Shown here piece by piece: positions 28,024 to 40,895 of a DNA stretch of 64,000 nt (the first letter of the stretch is position 1; each line of letters opens with the position of its first letter). The position numbers were made by a program, and so were the translations under genes. Source of the stretch: Glycera tridactyla (lineage: Eukaryota); the NCBI GenBank assembly GCA_965644265.1, contig OZ286474.1, positions 61,690,001 to 61,754,000 on the forward strand, given 5' to 3'. The notes under the pieces are model-generated. The model saw nothing but the letters and a program-made list of their open reading frames with translations. It made no database searches and was not told the origin of the DNA.

Positions 28024-28926
28024 TTACTCTTTAGGCGGACCACGGCACTTACGATCAAGTGCCTGCATGAATCTGTAACAGGTATCTCTAACAAAGGCTT
28101 GTTTCCCATCGTTGTTCAGATGAATGCCATCCTTTTCGAGAAATGCACGCACTATATCGCTTTTTGATGGTGAGCCCGTGAAATGATAGTACAGACTCGT
28201 ACACGTTGTACTCTTGATCCTATATTCTTTCTTCAGAGTGTGGTTCACAAAGTACTCTATATTTGATGCTACTTGGCGCGAATAAGTATTCCACCATTTA
28301 CGTGGGAAAATGGATTCAAAGTAGATCGGCACTCCACATGTTTTGTGATGGACGGTGCTGACCAGGCCGCTAATAGTAGGCTTTAATTCGGTCAACCATT
28401 GACACAGCTCTCCTTCAATGGTTATTGACAAGGTGGGCTCACTCAGTTCTTTCTGTAGAGCTTTTGTCCTACGGTCAAAATTGTCAACATCATTCCCTCC
28501 CAACATTATGATGACAAATTCGGGCTTATGTTCTTCAACATCATAATTCACCCAGGGACACCCGTACTCTCTTACCTTAATCGCCGATTCAAAACGCCCC
28601 TCCATATAATCAGCCGCCTGGGCGAACGTCATTCCCCGAAATCCCATGTAATAGCAATTACTCATCAGGCGTTCAAGATGCTCCGGAAACATATTCTTGC
28701 TCATATCCTTGCCGAGATATTCTACATTTGACGCTCCAATCAATAGCACGGGTGGGACTCCATGTAGCCTGTATGTTTTTTCTGCTGCAGCACGTCTTGA
28801 CTTCTCATTTGCAGGTTTTAACTGTGAAGCTGCTTGACTTTTATCTATTTGACTGGCAACAATGTAATGTCCTTCCCTGGGATACTGGTAGCGCAGATAA
28901 ATTGGTAATTGATTACCTTCAGCCAT
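28024..28926 (-). CDS. SGNH/GDSL hydrolase (esterase), probable start MAEGNQ at 28926
   Basis: Blocks I (LLIGASN), II (FRGM), III (MLGGND) and V (DGIHLN) are all present with the catalytic S, D and H. The ATG overlaps the ORF1 stop (ATGGCTGA). Confidence 0.85.
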   Translation of the reverse strand: MAEGNQLPIYLRYQYPREGHYIVASQIDKSQAASQLKPANEKSRRAAAEKTYRLHGVPPVLLIGASNVEYLGKDMSKNMFPEHLERLMSNCYYMGFRGMTFAQAADYMEGRFESAIKVREYGCPWVNYDVEEHKPEFVIIMLGGNDVDNFDRRTKALQKELSEPTLSITIEGELCQWLTELKPTISGLVSTVHHKTCGVPIYFESIFPRKWWNTYSRQVASNIEYFVNHTLKKEYRIKSTTCTSLYYHFTGSPSKSDIVRAFLEKDGIHLNNDGKQAFVRDTCYRFMQALDRKCRGPPKE

Positions 28927-31543
28927 TGTATATATCAGGAAATTCTTCCGACGACTCGTACCTCGGGGGGCGATTGCTGTTTTTGCTGTGACTATTCCAG
29001 TTATTAAAATGACCTGGTGACCTTGGTGTGTTTGGCACGCTATAGCGTCCGCGAAGCCTGGTCCGGTAGTTGCTGCCACGAGTTGACACACGATCTGATG
29101 TTAAGCATCGATCTTCAAAACGGTGTTCCCCTCTACCAGCGTTTGGCCATTTTCCTCGTCCTCCTTTAGAGAGATCACCATGCGAGAGATTTCCACGAGC
29201 TGGGTTGGTGGAGATAGGCGTCAATTCACCGTGGGCATATGCGATGAGACGTGTTTGCAGCTCATTTTTACGGCCACTAGATATACTAGACGCTGGTCCG
29301 TTACGCATCGACGGGTTTTGGCGAGAGTCAATTTCACTTGCAAGTTGACCTCGATCCCCCCCTTGATTGTTGCGGCCCGTTTCAGTATTCAACCGCGGTT
29401 TCTGGTTTAGTGTCGGATCAGTTAAATTCAGATCAGGTGGTACTACACGATTTCCGTTCATGTCGGAATGCCGCTCCCCGGGTTGGCGTCTCACTATAGC
29501 TTCTAGTTCAGCTCTCAGGCGATCCGGATCTTTAATCCAGGTCGGCACTGCTTCCTGTGATTTCGAGGCCCACACCCTCCCCATGTCCGTCCATGTGTGG
29601 TGATAGATCCCTTTTTTGCAAGCTTGTCTCGATAGGTAGTATATTTCATTATTATTCGATGTCAAATGTTCATTTATAAAGATGTTGGTATCACGAAGCC
29701 TTCCTTTCTGTCGCATCATCCACCTTTTCATCTCCTGCGTTCTTAGTTTAATTCGGATAGATCTCGGCCGGTCACTAGTTGGGTTCGGTCTACTGAAGTA
29801 CTGACATGAGATTATGTCATCAGGGCGGAAATCAGCATTCAGGCTAAGATCGAGTTCACTGACTACCTTATGAAGTAGCGTGTCATCGGGCTTAACTTCA
29901 ATTCCTTCCACAATGACAACGTTGTGGCGCTCATTAATCTCGGTATTGTCTAAACGGATTCCAAGTTGGGTCAGTTGTGCTTCCGCAAGTAGCAGTTTCT
30001 GAGATAAATTCCCTAGATTCTGTTTGACATCGTCTATGATTGACATATCAGGACAAGCTATCTTGATTTCGTCCAGTTTCTTCTCTAGCCCCTTATCAAG
30101 TGCTGCGTCAACAGCTGCCGTAAGGTCTGATTTAATTGTGTCAAGTGATTTTTTGATCTCGTCAATGGCATCAGAGTTCTGTTTAGTAACACGTGTTAGC
30201 TTGCCATTCTCTGCAATGAGAAATTTTATTTCATCTCTCAAATTAGACAATTCTGCTTGCAGGCGCTCTTCAAGGTCAATCATATCATGCCTAGTGGCAT
30301 TCGTCAATTCCTTGATGTCACCTGACAGGTCCAGAAAACGGTCATTATTTATGATGCCCACCATGCCGGGAAGCTTTTCCACTAGTGCTTCCCACAAGGT
30401 GCTTTCCATCTTCTTGAATTCCTTACGGGCTTCACCTAGAGACAAATTATCGGTCAAACACGTATGAGCACCATCCGATTTTTTATTTCCTTTACCATTG
30501 CTTCTTTTCTGAGTAAGACCAGAAATGGATGGTGGTAGTGGCGGGGGTGGTGGTGGATCCGGGGGCATGGATCCAACAGCTGAGTCCTGGCTACCAGCCA
30601 ACACCTGCGCACATTGGAATTCTTTCTGCGTATCTGTGAGCTCGAATGAGTTATTGATGTCATCGTTTTTCATCTCGCTATCAATTATGATTTTGGTTTT
30701 GATATCAGGCGAATTAAGTCTCCCTTTCTTCGATTGAGATATCATTGTGGGCACCGGTACATCATCCGTATCAGTATCAGCAGATGAGATATTTCTCCGC
30801 TTTTTGTGCGATTTGCCTAGAGGTATACTTCGGGAATCAACCTGATCACAAGTAAGTTCGATAGACCCTACATCTGACTCTGTGTCTGTCTCCGCGTCGG
30901 TGTTACGGTTTTCAGAGTCACAAGTGGCAGTGTTTGACTTTTGATAAAGTAGGTCAGTAGTATTAGTTGTAGTGTCTTTACTCGTTTCTAAGTTGACTAT
31001 AGATGGAATGCTGGCAACCCCGACTGTCTCTGACCGTGATGCATTTTCATTAGAGTTAGAGCGAAGGTTTGCGAGTACATGAGGTGGTGGTATAAAAATT
31101 TGGTCATTCATATTCAGATTTTCATTTGTCCCCCGAGAAGGGCTAACGGAGAGATTCGCTAGAGTAGTGTCTGAGCCACGACGAGTGTATCTGCGTCCGC
31201 CCAGCCGTAACGGCGAGCACGACGTTGACCTGGCACTCTTTCTAGGGGGGGTACTCCTGATATCATCCAATACAACCGATAGCAACTTAGCATTCGGCAT
31301 GCTTCCCAGTTGCTCGCATTTCTTTGGAAGTGGCCCCAGCTCAGCAGCGGCAGTCGTCATCGATGTATATCCAGGTTCACTAGTAATGACTGTGCTTGAG
31401 TTATCGCCCAGGGCTAATAAACTTTCAGAAATACCTTCTTTCACGTTGTTTTCAGAATTTGAGTCATCAGTGTCTGTGTGCTTGGTGATGAACGCCGTCA
31501 GTCTCGGTTGGTCTGCATCCGGTTTTAGTACTTTAGACGACAT
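28919..31543 (-). CDS. LINE ORF1 protein (disordered N-terminus, coiled coil, L1-type RRM/CTD, RG-rich tail)
   Basis: 874-aa intact ORF with a heptad region (LQAELSNLRDEIKFL...LEKKLDEI) and NVVIVEGI...RPRSIRIKL...IFINEHLT...W..MGRVW, typical of ORF1 RRM/CTD. Confidence 0.85.
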   Translation of the reverse strand: MSSKVLKPDADQPRLTAFITKHTDTDDSNSENNVKEGISESLLALGDNSSTVITSEPGYTSMTTAAAELGPLPKKCEQLGSMPNAKLLSVVLDDIRSTPPRKSARSTSCSPLRLGGRRYTRRGSDTTLANLSVSPSRGTNENLNMNDQIFIPPPHVLANLRSNSNENASRSETVGVASIPSIVNLETSKDTTTNTTDLLYQKSNTATCDSENRNTDAETDTESDVGSIELTCDQVDSRSIPLGKSHKKRRNISSADTDTDDVPVPTMISQSKKGRLNSPDIKTKIIIDSEMKNDDINNSFELTDTQKEFQCAQVLAGSQDSAVGSMPPDPPPPPPLPPSISGLTQKRSNGKGNKKSDGAHTCLTDNLSLGEARKEFKKMESTLWEALVEKLPGMVGIINNDRFLDLSGDIKELTNATRHDMIDLEERLQAELSNLRDEIKFLIAENGKLTRVTKQNSDAIDEIKKSLDTIKSDLTAAVDAALDKGLEKKLDEIKIACPDMSIIDDVKQNLGNLSQKLLLAEAQLTQLGIRLDNTEINERHNVVIVEGIEVKPDDTLLHKVVSELDLSLNADFRPDDIISCQYFSRPNPTSDRPRSIRIKLRTQEMKRWMMRQKGRLRDTNIFINEHLTSNNNEIYYLSRQACKKGIYHHTWTDMGRVWASKSQEAVPTWIKDPDRLRAELEAIVRRQPGERHSDMNGNRVVPPDLNLTDPTLNQKPRLNTETGRNNQGGDRGQLASEIDSRQNPSMRNGPASSISSGRKNELQTRLIAYAHGELTPISTNPARGNLSHGDLSKGGRGKWPNAGRGEHRFEDRCLTSDRVSTRGSNYRTRLRGRYSVPNTPRSPGHFNNWNSHSKNSNRPPRYESSEEFPDIYNG

Positions 31544-31752
31544 TTCTGACCAAAACGACCCCCGCTTTCCGCACTCACGTCCTCACGCTTCCGCCATCAT
31601 CACCTTTAGTGTGTTCCTGTGTGACTCCATCGTGGTAGTATTGGGATTAGAGCCCTGATTGTTAATGTTTCGTGCTCAGTGTATTAGTTGCCAATGGGTG
31701 AGAAAATGATTCATATGATTCTCGTATATCTGTATAATTGCTGCTTCTATTT

Positions 31753-31830
31753 AAATTCTGCTTCTCTTCAAATTCTGCTTCTCTTCAAATTCTGCTTCTC
31801 TTCAAATTCTGCTTCTCTTCAAATTCTGCT
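31753..31830. repeat. 17-bp tandem repeat (4.6 copies)
   Basis: AAATTCTGCTTCTCTTC perfect copies just upstream of the LINE 5' region. Confidence 0.95.
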
Positions 31831-34800
31831 CAATGTGAATAACATTTCTCATCATTGTGCACCTTGGAGTCTTGGATAAGCAGCGAGTAAAAATAATACA
31901 GGGAGTATGTATGAATCCAGGCTCTGAATATATCATGGTCATACGCTGTCGATATGTAATCAGGCGAGTCATTTCATATAGTTTTAATACCACAATCCTG
32001 AATCGCAGAGGGGATTATCATCAGTGATGTGACTGGGTCAACATGGTAATCATTCTCGCACCATTGCAATATACTACCCATCAATATGTCCCGGGTATTG
32101 GCCGAGTGTGTCCATAAGAAAGTTTTACTGTCAAGATTCCTGTATATACATGTAAATCATTTTCTTTCTTTTTGTTCTGTTTCTGTACCGCGACACTAGT
32201 TTTGTCATGTGTCCTTAATGGTATTACATATTCTTTCTTGAGGGGATGTTATTTGATCTCCGGATCCATGTCTTGTGAGGAATAAAACATTTAACAACAA
32301 CAATAACAAATACCCTGGAGGGAAATTGAAAAATGGCTGCGTAGGACAGGTGGTTGCTGAAAGCAATGGTTGCAAAGATAGATTGCTTAACAAGATTCTA
32401 CTGCACAGGAAAACTGCCACTACACTGGTAATAATCATGTAATGTTTAGAGCATATAATGTGACAATTCGAATTCATATTGGAACGACTCTTTACAATAA
32501 GAATGTATGGAAGCTTTCTATGTGAACTGGTTTAATAGTGTTCACGAGTGTCCTACAGAAATTCCCTCAGCAATGTTTTTATGATATTAAGAGCATATGA
32601 TGTAACAAGGCAATTTGATTTCTGAACGATACTTTTTCACAAGTAATTATAACAACTTGATATGTAACTGGTTAAGAAGTGCTCAAATGCATATCGGATA
32701 TGGATGTCCTATATATTCATCTGAGTGATGAATATCATGGAGCTCCACATGAAAGCTCATGAAACCATTAACATCTTTCGTGGTGCTCTGCATTGCATTG
32801 ATCATGGGTTCAATCTATAGGTTCCCTTCACATATTGAAACATTCATGAGGTTAATGACACACGTTGTAGCCTTAAAGATTTATAAATGCTGTCACACCC
32901 CTTCTTTCGTGCAGCACCCTCTGATGATAAAGGAGTTGAAATAGCTGTTATTATGGACCTGAATTCCGACCTCGAACAATGAGACATCAAAACATGCATC
33001 GCGTGCTTCATCGACAATCACTTTTTTTTTCTTCTTGGTTCATTATCTGGTACATCCCGGAGTGATATGACATTTCAAAGCGGCGATACAGATTTATACA
33101 GAGCACAAAAGCGTTAACGTTCTAGGAAGCGGTGTTGCATCATCCTGTCTCTTTTTCTTAATAGTTTCCAATGTGGGCACGAATGAAAACAGTTTCAGAA
33201 TTCTCGGTCTTTCAGAGTTATATCATCAGAGGGTATCTTTTCTTCAAGTTAAGATTAGATTATTTCCTTTACATGCTTCTCATGAAGGATTCATGAGTGT
33301 GGCTGGAGAAGATTACACTCTTTCACCATCGACAACTCTAGCTGACTTTTGCAATTACGTTCCTTGGCAAGTTAGTCGGAGCCTGAGACTTCCAGGCCCA
33401 TAATTCTGACTATGCTTGGTATATTATTGAAGGTCAACGCCGGGTTCAACATATGTGTTTTTGCTGAATACGGTAGCCAAGACAGAAGTTGTAATAAAGG
33501 GCAATAAGAGCTTTTTGATACCACTCGCTATGCCATATTGCTCGATCCACGCTGCTCTCTGTTGTGGATGACTTGGTAATGTTTTGTGTGATATGTGATA
33601 GGGTATAAGGCCCCAATGTATTTATCACATATCCTATTCCAAAAGATTTTGAGTTGTATATAGAACCTCTTAATGTTCATGTTTCATCCGGATGACATGG
33701 GCATATATTTGGGTGATTTAGTAACAGACCGCATGCTTTTCTGCAGGATACAGAACATCTAGCTTTCATTCACCAGGAACACACGACCATGATATACATG
33801 CCATTAAACCTCAAACAATTAGATCACCTTATATGTTGCGTTGAGCTATTGAAGGAAATATCATAACTGATAAGCTCATGCATGATGTTAGCAAAATCAG
33901 GTGAGATTTACTTGAATACAGGACTCAAATGTCCTAGTAACGTCAGAGGATTCGGAATGCGCGAGAGGGTCCCTTCCATGAGATGCATGGGGTTCCCCTG
34001 GGACAGTTCGATCGATATAACCCAGAGATTTCATCAGCATGTGGACTACGCGATTTTCACCCTCATCTAAGATGTGCTTCACTTATCACAAACCTTCATA
34101 GATGAGCAAACAACTCTGTGGAATGTCATACATTATATCAGTATCGAAGGACGATCGTACACTAATTTATTCAGTACAAGAGTCTGCTTTTCCTAGAGTA
34201 AAGTGTATGTGTCCATCCTTTCTAAAGTACGATAGATTCAGATTGTAATTCTCTAGGCAATCACCGGAACAGATGAACCGCGATTCCGCACAGCCCCTCT
34301 CAATACCAGACAGTGCGTACATCTGCAGTTCTTTGTGTCTCAAACAAATGAGGAATTACCTAGGAAATGAAGAAATGGCTGAATACATCTCAAAGGCATG
34401 TACAATCGCGGATTGATCAACATGCGAGTTAATCTAGTTTAGAATGCAATCTCATAGATCCTGACAGGAAGATAAAAAGAGAATGAATATGGGAGATAAA
34501 CTTGCATAACCACCTCAAATTTTCTATCCACATACTTCAATATAGTTCACTATTTAGCAAGTTGTAGGATGATATTGATGGTGATGATAATGATGATGGT
34601 GGCGACGACGATGATGATGAAACATAGTCGTTGCTGTTGTTGTTGTTGTTGTTGTTGTTGATTTATGATCCGCTCCACCCTCCCACATGGTTTACACATA
34701 CTACGCGTATAATATATCTTTTTGCGTAGCTGTTCTGCTTGAAGATTGCGTTTATATTTAGAACATCGGGGAATTTTTCTTACCGCACAGATCTAACAAT

Positions 34801-35404
34801 CTATCTATCATCTACCGATCTATATACCCACTTGCCAATTTTCCTTCTTTCCTTCCTACATATCCATCCATCACATTCATCCATTCGTCCATCTCGAGAA
34901 ATGCTTGTTTCCCCAGAGTAAGACGATCTTGTTTCTCGCACGATCTATTGATTGTGGACACTGAATGAATTCATTGCCCATCGCGTAATTACCTGTTTTC
35001 ACCGTCCGTCATTTTGAACTACAGCCCTATCTATGGCCCCAAAAGTGTGGAGAGTCATGCTTGGATGCTAAACATCAAGCATGCCGCCTCCCAAAAGCAT
35101 ATACCGAATATTTGGACGTAATGATTGCTTCCAGGTATTCTGCAGGAGCTCTGCTCCATCTCAGCCATGGGTTTGTGTACATGCAATATTCATGGCTTCC
35201 TCTGGAAACCCTTGTGAACAATGTAAATATCGTACCTCAGAGTTCAGTAGAGGTTGATCCAACACGGAAATGCGCCCTTTGGCACCCCTGCTCAGGCTTG
35301 GGTTTTCTCACATTCGCCCGGAACTCATTGACAGGCCGGGCATCTGACTGGTATATAGTATAATATAGTATTCACAGTCCCAACGTGCTTGGTGCCTCCA
35401 GGAA

Positions 35405-35506
35405 TGTAGTGCGGTGTAGTGAAGTGTAGTGTGGATTGGTATGGTGTAGTGCAGTGTAGTGTAGTGTATTGTAGTATAGTGTAGTGTAGTGCAGTGTAGT
35501 GTAGTG
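35405..35506. repeat. (GTAGT)n degenerate microsatellite
   Basis: Direct reading. Confidence 0.9.
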
Positions 35507-37989
35507 AAGGGTCAGTTCTATGACGCACGGAGTATATAATGGGTAAGCTTTATATCGCATTGCGTATATATGATCTGTTGTTTATATCTCGGAGTATATA
35601 TGATGTGGGGTTTATATCTCGGAGTATATATGATGTGGGGTTTATATCTCATGTGGTATCTTCTCTGAAATGGGGCATATACATTGACCTTGTGAGTGTC
35701 TAGGTGATAGGCTACACGAGAACACTTCACAAGTACGACTTATTCAAGCATTGAGAAGGATGAGATGTGTCATGCCGCCTACTGAAGGACACTTCCTTGT
35801 TCGTATGCAAGATGAGGGCGGGTTGCTCGATTGTGATTTGTATGAGGAACCATTATAGATCAACACCATTCACCTTATTATCCAGTTGAACGAAGACTTT
35901 ATGACCTCACTTATATCATCTGACCATCGAATATTGTGAAGCAACACTCCACACCGCACATTTCTGTTGAGGATTGAACAAGGATTTGATGATTATGGTT
36001 TTATCATGTTATCATCAACCCTCGTAAATCAACATCATTTAATTTAGCGTTCAGTCGAAGATCGAACAGTGACTTGATGACCTTCTTCGTGTCATATAAC
36101 CATCAACCATTTTACCTGGACACCCTTTACCACATCATTTGGTTGGCGTTTGAAATTAGACTTGGAGACCTGAGTTATAACGTATGACTATCAAACACTG
36201 TAGATTTAGACCCTTCACCTGATCATCCATTTGACGTTTGAAAGAGGACATATCAAGGACGGTGGCACCAGAGAAGCATGTCAATCGCTTGACAACCAAT
36301 ATCATGCATAGCAACCATTGTCATATATGACAGTTAGGTCAGATAAGTCTCCTACCTAACCAGGTAAATCTACAGGAATTGCGTCTCCGGTCCTGACTAG
36401 GTCAATCTCCGGAATTAGGTAAACTATAACACTTGATTTCAAGATGGTGGCGTTTGGACTTTAGTCTACATGGCCATGATAAATAAAATTTCGACGTCGA
36501 AAGGCTTGTCAGACTCCAAGATGGTGAAGCTCGAACTCTGGCCTCATACCACTATGATTAATTGACATGTTTTGACGGCTTCATCATTCAAGGCCACTTG
36601 CCTCTACAAGCGAGAAACAACGACTTTCAACGTCTTGACTATTTGCATGAGTGTGATCTCTGATCCTCCTGCCAGTTACCAATATTATTCTTGGAGTACC
36701 AGCAAAATGTTCCCTTCACTGGCCTGTTGGCCAGCAAGGTCCTTGTACTTTGTTTCCACTTAGTCTCCGTCTATGTTCGAGACAAAAAATGTTGGAACAT
36801 CTGTTTTTTTTCTTGCTAATGAGATATTTCTAAGACATTATATCTAAAAGGTTCATATTTCATGGATTCGGTGGTATCAATGGTATAATGTGCATTTGCG
36901 CCTCCAATTTTGGCGTACACTAAGATACGACACAAGTTCGGCGGATTGAATCTCGCCATGACAGAATGAACGAGCGGAACCTATAGGATGGAGCTGGGGT
37001 TAGGAGATGACGACGAGGAAACGTATCGAACCGGTGATCCTGTTCCGTATTTCATACATCCGAGTGACGTCCCATATGCAATTAAGCGCATGGTGAAATA
37101 CAAGGCAGTGAATGCACCTGAATTCTCGCATCGGGTATCATAATCATAAATCAGTTCATATCTACGATGTTCTTCATGATGAACTTTGTTAACCTGTAGG
37201 TAGAACATTTTTCACCTAAAGATATATTACTTCCGCCGATCAAATTACTCCTGGATGTAAGCAAGTAAATAACTATCTATGCGATAAAGTTAGGTTTATT
37301 ACACTTTAAAATCCGTCGGGTTGTACTTCGAAAACGATACTGCGACCATGATATGTGAGACATTGCGAGGAGATAGAGGTGATAGAAACTCACATGAAAC
37401 AATGATTTACGTACACAACATTCCCCGAAACTATTTCACGCACTGGTGTGCCCTGAAAATAGCAGTTACTGAGAAAGTTGTCTCGTTCTTATCAGTGTTA
37501 CGCTCACCACCACCACCAGAATCATTATCAGCAACAACATCATTGATACCTACAACATCACTACGAGTCCGGTACCATCCACAGCATAAATTCTCACATG
37601 ATGAAATGCTCCGTCGATTTGCATATGATAGAATGTTGGTTAATTGGCTGCTTGGTTGATTGATAAGTTGGTTGGTTGATTGGTTGGATGGTTTGTTGGT
37701 TGGTGGTTGCCGGATGGTTGGTTGTTCAACGGCTCGTGAGCCTCTATGCAAATGCTACATGCCTACAAGCTCAGGGCATGACCACCTATACAATAGACCA
37801 TGTTATACAGAGACTACCTGTTTACAAAGATTACTTGCCCATATTGTCATGCATGAACTTTGTAGACAGGTCTTGCAGGTTATGATCCCCCTTACTTCCC
37901 TACACATCTTGCGTATTTCATATGGACATATTTCTTTTATATTCATGCCGATTTGAGTGGAAGAATTCACGAAGAGGGTTTTGAATACT

Positions 37990-38310
37990 CACATGTTCCA
38001 GTGCTGAATCTCTACCACATGAAATGCACATATGTTCCATTGGAACGCCATTTCTACCACTTGAAATAAACAGATGTTCCAGTGGAACAACATCTTCATC
38101 ACAAGGAGTCCATAGATGTCCCAATAGTAGGACATCTCCACCACATGGAATATACAGATGTTCCAAAAGTATGACATCTCCACCACATGGAATACACAGA
38201 TGTTCCAATAGTATGACATCTCTACCACATAGTATACACAGATATTCCAGTGGAACGGCATCTGTACCACATTGGATAGATGAATGTTCCAGTGGTGCGA
38301 CATCTCTAAC
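37990..38310. repeat. ~42-bp minisatellite (~8 units)
   Basis: Unit GATGTTCCAAAAGTATGACATCTCCACCACATGGAATACACA; gives 14-aa periodic ORFs. Confidence 0.9.
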
Positions 38311-39194
38311 GCATGGAATACACATATATTTTGTTTATAAGTGTGTTATTCATATCAACAGGGATCCATAAGTCATATTACATGTTAACATGTCCAAAAA
38401 CTTAACTAGAAAGATAATCTATATACAAATGGGTGAACGGTTGGGGGTGGAGATCCAAAATACCCGACTATTCAACGTAATGGAGATGTCACATAGCAGA
38501 GGTCAGAAATAAAGTAGAGGAAAGAAATAGAAGTCACAAAACGGTGGCAGCAAGAAACAAGGTGTTATATAAGAGCATGATATAGTGGACATATTCTGGG
38601 CCCACAGCAAGAGATCGTATTAGAGTGCATGATTTTCTATACTGCACACTTGAAACTAGGTAGTGATTCACAATCCCGCACTATTTCAGTTAGGGTATTC
38701 CATATTTCAGGGTAGGTTATCCAAAACCACGGATGCGTATACTCTGCGTAGGCAAAGTGTGTGTGACATTCATGCGAATACAGGTCAGCCCTACAACGGA
38801 GCGACATATCTACCGCTCAGAATACTCGGATGTCCGTGTGTGTTCTCTACAACATGACGTCAATGTTAACAAGAATCTACTCACACGCCCACGCCCACGC
38901 AAATCACCCCCTCTGCCCACGTGAAATATGGTCGACGAGTAATAGTGGGCATAAATGCGACGTCGAGCCTGATTCTAACACACAATGACATTCTGTTTCC
39001 CAGTGCTATCGCCTGGTTTATCAAAGACCGTCAGAGCTAGGCTTTATGCACAAATGCTCCACCCTGTAATTGCGGAAGGAGACGATGTTCCCTAGGAGTG
39101 TTTTTTCCACCAAACATAACGAGACATAAACGGTAGCCATGTGATACACTTGAAATACACATCTTTACTGGCCAAGTATTGTCTTGAGAACATA

Positions 39195-39289
39195 CAGTCG
39201 AACCTCTCTGTAAAGACCGCCTTCGCTCAGGTGGCCCCTATAGCCAGATGTCATTTATAGACAAGTGGTCTCTCGAGCAGATTCGACTG
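39195..39289. mobile_element. Short pogo/Tigger-like MITE
   Basis: TA|CAGTCGAACCT ... AGATTCGACTG|TA inverted termini with a TA duplication. Confidence 0.75.
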
Positions 39290-39902
39290 TAAATGAGAAT
39301 CGATGAAATCAATCCATTCATTCAGTCTCGATTGGCGAGACGAAAAGCATGACTCAATCTATCAGTCGAACGTCAGATTTACATTCGAGGTGTAACTGGC
39401 ACAGTGAAGAGGTACCCGCCATATAGCAATTTGCGATACGAACTGTTCGTTTGTTTGTTTGTTTGACTGTTTTGACTGATCTCAGTCCAGTACCACTGTC
39501 AGAGCCTGAAGCTCCTGATCTTCCCAGTGCTGCTCTACGCTATTTATGGGTGACAAGGCACAGCCCTATGTCTGTGAATTTTGAACCTCTTCTCTTGTGC
39601 TTGCATGTGCGTGTATGCTGAGGAGGGATATTGGTGTAGCTGGTGTTTCTAGTCACTTATTATAGCGCCACCTAGGACCATTGTTTTCAGTTACCAGATA
39701 GGCACTCACACCATCACCCAGCCCTGGTGGTGTGTAGCTCATGCCTCTGTCCGTGTTTTGAGCTCACCAATGGGGGTCCAGACCACCATTATAGCATTTC
39801 TTGAAACCCAACGTTTCAAGATGGTTCTTGTGTGAAAGGAAAACATGGCACGCCTAAAGATGGAATGTAGGTGTTGATCTAGATTCCCAGGGGGAAACAT
39901 AA

Positions 39903-40895
39903 TAGTCCAGTGGATAAGCACAATGTTTGTGCACTTTTGGAAACAAGTATCAAACTTGGCACACTTGTTCACATAACCGAACTGAATCATTTTGGATATA
40001 GAACCACGCTGGCAAATCCCTATATTGATGATTACTGCCACTAGGTGGCGTTTTGCAGACTTTTCATGAATCCAGACAGTATAGGCATCTCAAAAATGGG
40101 TATATCTCTGCAGCAATTGCATAAACTGTGTCTTGAGCTCTTGGACCAGACTACAGACAATCACTACAATTATCAGAAATACTCTTGGTAAATCCCTATA
40201 TTGACAATTTCTGCCACTAGGTGGCATTTTGAAGGCTTTCCATGGATCCAGACAGTATAGGCATCTCAATATGGGTATATCTCTGCAGCAATTGCATGAA
40301 TTATCTCTTGGGTTATAGGACCAGATGACAGACAATCGCTACAATGATTATTAATACTCTTGATGAATCCCTATATTGATTAAATCTGCCACTAGGTGGC
40401 GTTTTGCAGGCTTTTCGTGAATCCAGACATTATAGGCATCTCAATGATGGGGATATCTCTGCAGCAATTGCATGAATTGTCCCTTGGACCAGACTACAGA
40501 CAATCCTTACAACAATTAGAGAGACTCTTGGCAAATCCCTATATTGACAATTTCTGCCACTAGGTGGCGTTCTACAGGCTTTTCATGGATCCAGACATTA
40601 TAGGCATCTCAATAATGGGGATTTCTCTGCAGCAATTGCATAAATTGCCCCTTGGGTTCTAGGACTAGACAACATACAATCCTTACATCTTTTAGAAAGA
40701 CTCATGGAATATTCTGTTGGGTTTCAATCAGATATTTCTGGTCAGATTTTACAATGTTCATATAAAACTCGGTCATCGACCCAAGCCACGATCAAATCCT
40801 CATTCATATTTGAAATTGAAACACTATAAAGGTGATAACAGGCAACATGCAAATAATTCATTTAATGGTTTGAGAGATATCTATTTATTTGTCAT
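39903..40895 (+). repeat. Left TIR of Academ, containing 4 x ~175-bp subrepeats
   Basis: Reverse complement of 43275-44448; CCACTAGGTGGC(G/A) at 40038, 40214, 40389 and 40557. Confidence 0.9.

Larger units (their letters stand above)
22400..31660 (-). mobile_element. CR1/L2-group non-LTR retrotransposon (ORF1 + SGNH esterase + ORF2); boundaries approximate
   Basis: Three co-oriented ORFs in LINE order. AATAAA at ~22410 on the minus strand after ORF2 and a GC-richer 5' UTR-like segment upstream of ORF1. Membership of all three ORFs in one element is inferred across a 2.6-kb spacer. Confidence 0.65.

Noticed and set aside
23806-30467. Plus-strand ORFs such as 23806-24204, 29070-29348 and 30024-30467
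   Set aside because: Antisense shadows of the LINE ORFs
40030-40700. Repeat/spacer-like ~175-bp periodic array as CRISPR or satellite
   Set aside because: The whole unit is repeated and mirrored in the opposite arm; it is TIR substructure of the Academ element
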